Shown here piece after piece: positions 25,909 through 28,668 of a stretch of DNA of 28,668 bases. Numbering within the stretch: the stretch's first letter is position 1; every line of letters begins with the position of its first letter. Below the pieces are notes generated by a model. That model had not been told where the DNA came from. It was given only the letters and a program-made list of their open reading frames with translations, and searched no databases. Made by a program: the position numbers and the translations under genes. Origin of the DNA: an uncultured bacterium (GTDB taxonomy: Bacteria; Lernaellota; Lernaellaia; Lernaellales; Lernaellaceae); NCBI GenBank assembly GCA_964534375.1, contig CAZHPN010000064.1, forward strand, positions 1 to 28,668, read 5' to 3'.

Positions 25909-27468
25909 TTACCCGCCGCTGTAGGCTTCGTCCTGTTCGATCTTCGCGAGCGTCCAATCGAAGTCGCCGCCCGCGACGTGCGAGCCGCAAAATTCGCAGA
26001 CCCCGCTCATTGAGATTTTCAACGGCGCGCCGCAACTCGGGCAGCCGCGCGTCGCCGGCTCGCCCGCGGCGTCGGCCGCCTTCGGTTTGAACCCCGACTT
26101 GCGAAGGAAGGTCCAGTATTCGGTGAAACGCCGCTGCGTGTGGCGGTCGCCGCCGAGCATCTTGCCTTGCGCATCCACGGTGTAGTCGATCATCGACGCG
26201 TACAAGCGAACGGTGATCATGTCGAAATACGGATCGCGCGCGACCCGGGCGACCTCCATTTTCTCAAGTTGAATGTTCTCGAGTTTGTTGACGGCGCCGT
26301 TGTCGAGGTAGCGCTGAATCCAGAACAAGTGCGTCTGGAACAGGCGGTCGGTCTCGAAGGCGCGTGCGGCCTCCCAATTCCGCTCGGTCCAGGCTTTCTG
26401 GATTGCGAAGAACGACTCCCAAACCCGCGCCTGGAACTTGTCCCACGAGAAATCGGGATACGCCGCGACGAACGCCTCGCGCTCCGTCGCGAGATCCGGG
26501 TCGAACACGGTCGGCAAATCCGTGCCGGCCTCGGCGCCGCCCACGTCGAGTTCGATGTTTACCCGCGGCGACTTGTCCAGTTCCTCGAGGCTCGCCAGCT
26601 TCCAGGCGAATTCGCCGGGTTTGACGACCTTGCCGCAGTAGGCGCACGCGCCGCTGGCGTCGATTTTCACCGGGCTGCCGCACGACGGACAATTGAGCGA
26701 GCGCGTGAACTCGGGCCCGCGCGAATGAACGCTTTTCTTCCGCGCGAACGTCATCGTCGTGCGCGTCCACCACGGCTCGCCGTCTTTTGCACCCGCCGGC
26801 CGCTCGGTGTAATTCGTCTCCAGCGCCGCGTCGATTTCCCAATCGTCCGCGTTCTGGCGCACGTCCGCGATTTCGGATGTCCCGACGATCACGCCCTCGA
26901 CCACGTGCTCAGCCTGCCGCCCGGCGCGTAGCGCGTCCAGCAATTCTTCGGGCAAGTACGGCTGGAGCGCGTCGGGGTCGCCGGCGGCGCCGCGCGCTTC
27001 CTGATATCGCGCGTAGATCATCTGGACGAAATCCAGAAAGAGAATTTCGCTGAAGTTGGGGTCTTCCGTTTGCAATTCGCGCAACAGAGCGCGGACGCGG
27101 CTCCAATCATCCGCCGACCGCACGGGCGGCTCCGTCGCGGCCCCCATCCTCAACAGGCCGCGGCGCCGTAAGATGATGACGACAATGACGATCGCGACGA
27201 TCAGCACGACGACGAACGCAGCGCCGCAACCGCATCCGCCGGACCCGCAACCCGTCCCTGCGCCAGGGGTGATGTGGCCGCTGGGATGAAAGCTGTTGGA
27301 GTGACTGCCGCTGCTGGAATGGCCGCCGCCGCTCGAATGTCCGCCGCCGTACGAGTGGCCGCCGCCGGCGCGGCCCCAGGCGTCCGCGGCGACGAACAAC
27401 CCGACCGTGACGATGAGAATGGCGCACAAGGTTCCGAGGGTGATCTGCCGGCGCGAGCTATGCATCAT
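25909..27468 (-). CDS. Tim44-like domain / zinc-ribbon membrane protein, paralogue 1
   Basis: Same architecture and long identical peptide blocks with the downstream gene. ATG 27468 with GAGG upstream. Confidence 0.8.
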   Translation of the reverse strand: MMHSSRRQITLGTLCAILIVTVGLFVAADAWGRAGGGHSYGGGHSSGGGHSSSGSHSNSFHPSGHITPGAGTGCGSGGCGCGAAFVVVLIVAIVIVVIILRRRGLLRMGAATEPPVRSADDWSRVRALLRELQTEDPNFSEILFLDFVQMIYARYQEARGAAGDPDALQPYLPEELLDALRAGRQAEHVVEGVIVGTSEIADVRQNADDWEIDAALETNYTERPAGAKDGEPWWTRTTMTFARKKSVHSRGPEFTRSLNCPSCGSPVKIDASGACAYCGKVVKPGEFAWKLASLEELDKSPRVNIELDVGGAEAGTDLPTVFDPDLATEREAFVAAYPDFSWDKFQARVWESFFAIQKAWTERNWEAARAFETDRLFQTHLFWIQRYLDNGAVNKLENIQLEKMEVARVARDPYFDMITVRLYASMIDYTVDAQGKMLGGDRHTQRRFTEYWTFLRKSGFKPKAADAAGEPATRGCPSCGAPLKISMSGVCEFCGSHVAGGDFDWTLAKIEQDEAYSGG

Positions 27469-27638
27469 TCGCCTCGTCGATCGGTTTTCGTGATTGTTTG
27501 ATCCAGCAAAAAAGATACGCGACCGGTCGGCAACGGTCAAACCCGGCAAGACGGCTTGTGAGCCGGCTCCTCACGGCGGGCGGCGCCGCATTCATGCTCC
27601 GCGGCCAGCGAACCGTCAGGAGCGAAATCGCGCGCACT

Positions 27639-27680
27639 TGGGCGGAGCGGGGCTCGAACCCGCGGCCTTCGGTGTGTAAG
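27639..27680 (-). pseudogene. 3' half of tRNA-Val(TAC), att-site duplication
   Basis: Minus strand CTTACAC ACCGA AGGCC GCGGG TTCGAGC CCCGC TCCGCCC A: anticodon loop, 3' stem, variable loop, T arm and acceptor strand. The upstream sequence lacks the D arm and the 5' acceptor strand. Confidence 0.88.
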
Positions 27681-27706
27681 TTGGGTTTTCAAGCACCGCA
27701 TGATCC

Positions 27707-27719
27707 TAAGTAATTGATT
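27707..27719 (-). promoter_or_regulatory. IHF site in the att arm
   Basis: Minus strand AATCAATTACTTA matches WATCAANNNNTTR exactly, about 27 bp from the crossover. Confidence 0.65.
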
Positions 27720-28156
27720 ATATTAGATTTGAAGTTTTGTCAATATGTCTGATTTTGCTGGTTTTTGCCTTCCTGTGGCCAGAACTGGCCGAAAAACAAA
27801 TGGGATTATTTCGACGCCTCGCCGGACGACGACGACAACAACACGATACCGGGTCAAGGTTCGTTCGGGCGAATGGCGGTGGTTACAGAGTCGCGACCGG
27901 TCGTTCAATCGGGACCGAAGCGGACGTCGTGTGACGTAGATTCTTGGAACCGCCGAAGAGTTCACCGACCGCAAGGGATCGGACAACGAGCGATTCATGA
28001 CCCGCACGCGCTTTGTTGTCGCCTTTGCTTAAATTGAGAGGCTCTGTCGGCAGATCACGGCCCATGCCCTCGACCGACGAGGTGACGGTGAGGTATCGTT
28101 CTCCTTGGTCCTCGGGCGTGCGCTAATTCGCGTGGAACCCGTGGCGGAGAGAAGTC

Positions 28157-28668
28157 GTGCCGAGTCGCAAGCACACAATCGCTCTGGAACTCGGGCCAAT
28201 TCGAGAGGCCGTCGAGACGTTGCGGCGCCGGTCGAGCCTTAGTCGCGAACATCCAGATGGTTGCTCAATTTACCCCATAGCTCCGGGCTCGATGGTGAAG
28301 TATTTCGCTCCGTTGCGGTTGAAGAAGGGGTGGACGATACGGGGATTCATTTTCGGCCACTTTATGGGCCACACAATGTTGCCGTTCGGACTTCCCCGAA
28401 ACGTCAAGCTGCCAAGCCCGGATCGTCGCCTACTGACCCCGGATGCCGCGTGGAAAGGTCTGTCACGCCTCGGGGCTTTGAAAGACTACATGGCGATTGT
28501 CGAGGGCGACGGGAGCGCGGCGAGCTATCTCCTGGCCTCGATTCTCTCTCGCGAAATTGCGCAGATCGGGGCGTTCTGGCACGGCCTGCACTGGCGAACG
28601 CACGTTCTCTTGGAAAGTGATCCGTGGAAGGCAGGGCCATTCGTTCCCTATTCGGATTGGCCGATGTC
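28157..28668 (+). CDS. Hypothetical protein, 3' end outside window
   Basis: Absent from the ORF track. GTG 28157 with GGAG RBS, open for 170 codons: MPSRKHTIALEL...LRLKKGWTIRGF...EGDGSAASYLLASILSREIAQIGAFWHGLHWRTH. Confidence 0.65.
   Translation, partial: MPSRKHTIALELGPIREAVETLRRRSSLSREHPDGCSIYPIAPGSMVKYFAPLRLKKGWTIRGFIFGHFMGHTMLPFGLPRNVKLPSPDRRLLTPDAAWKGLSRLGALKDYMAIVEGDGSAASYLLASILSREIAQIGAFWHGLHWRTHVLLESDPWKAGPFVPYSDWPM

Larger units (their letters stand above)
27674..28668. mobile_element. End of an integrated element (prophage, ICE or island) inserted in tRNA-Val; continues beyond the window
   Basis: tRNA fragment broken exactly at the anticodon loop, adjacent IHF consensus, direct repeats at 27776-27795, and visibly lower GC with different codon style. 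No integrase in the window. Confidence 0.7.

Noticed and set aside
27440..27468. Tat signal (SRRQIT) in Tim44-like paralogue 1
   Set aside because: Poor match to S/T-R-R-x-F-L-K and absent from paralogue 2.
27639..27720. Intact tRNA-Val gene
   Set aside because: No D arm, 5' anticodon stem or 5' acceptor strand; only the 3' 42 nt are present.
27723..28065. Short overlapping ORFs just inside the att site
   Set aside because: Several conflicting frames, no clear RBS or motifs, and overlap with probable att-arm sequence.

Overview
A GC-rich bacterial chromosomal segment; the Ahb pathway, sigma54/IHF signals and a ccsA/hemX-hemA-hemC order suggest a deltaproteobacteria-like anaerobe (inference). 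Left to right: a partial oleate hydratase gene divergent from a TetR regulator, an internally deleted RAYT transposase relic, a Phd/RelE-ParE toxin-antitoxin pair, comM (YifB) behind a complete sigma54 promoter (-24/-12 box, IHF site, tandem palindromic enhancers), mltA, tatA, an esterase, an OPT transporter and a DUF2079 membrane protein. Next comes a tightly coupled 12-gene operon for the whole glutamyl-tRNA -> siroheme -> heme b route (hemX/ccsA-like, cysG-N, hemA, hemC, TetR, cobA-hemD, ahbC, ahbA, ahbB, hemB, ahbD, hemL). It carries an embedded TetR gene and a 30-bp palindrome over its promoter. After it lie a secreted Gln-rich orphan, two tandem paralogues with double Tim44-like/zinc-ribbon modules, and the 3' half of a tRNA-Val(TAC) marking the att junction of an integrated element that runs off the right edge. 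Intergenic regions hold many 7-8-nt tandem arrays and REP-like hairpins. Best novelty candidates: the operon-embedded TetR and operator (possible tetrapyrrole sensor), sigma54-controlled comM, and heptamer arrays bracketing genes. Family calls come from motif recognition; no database searches were run.
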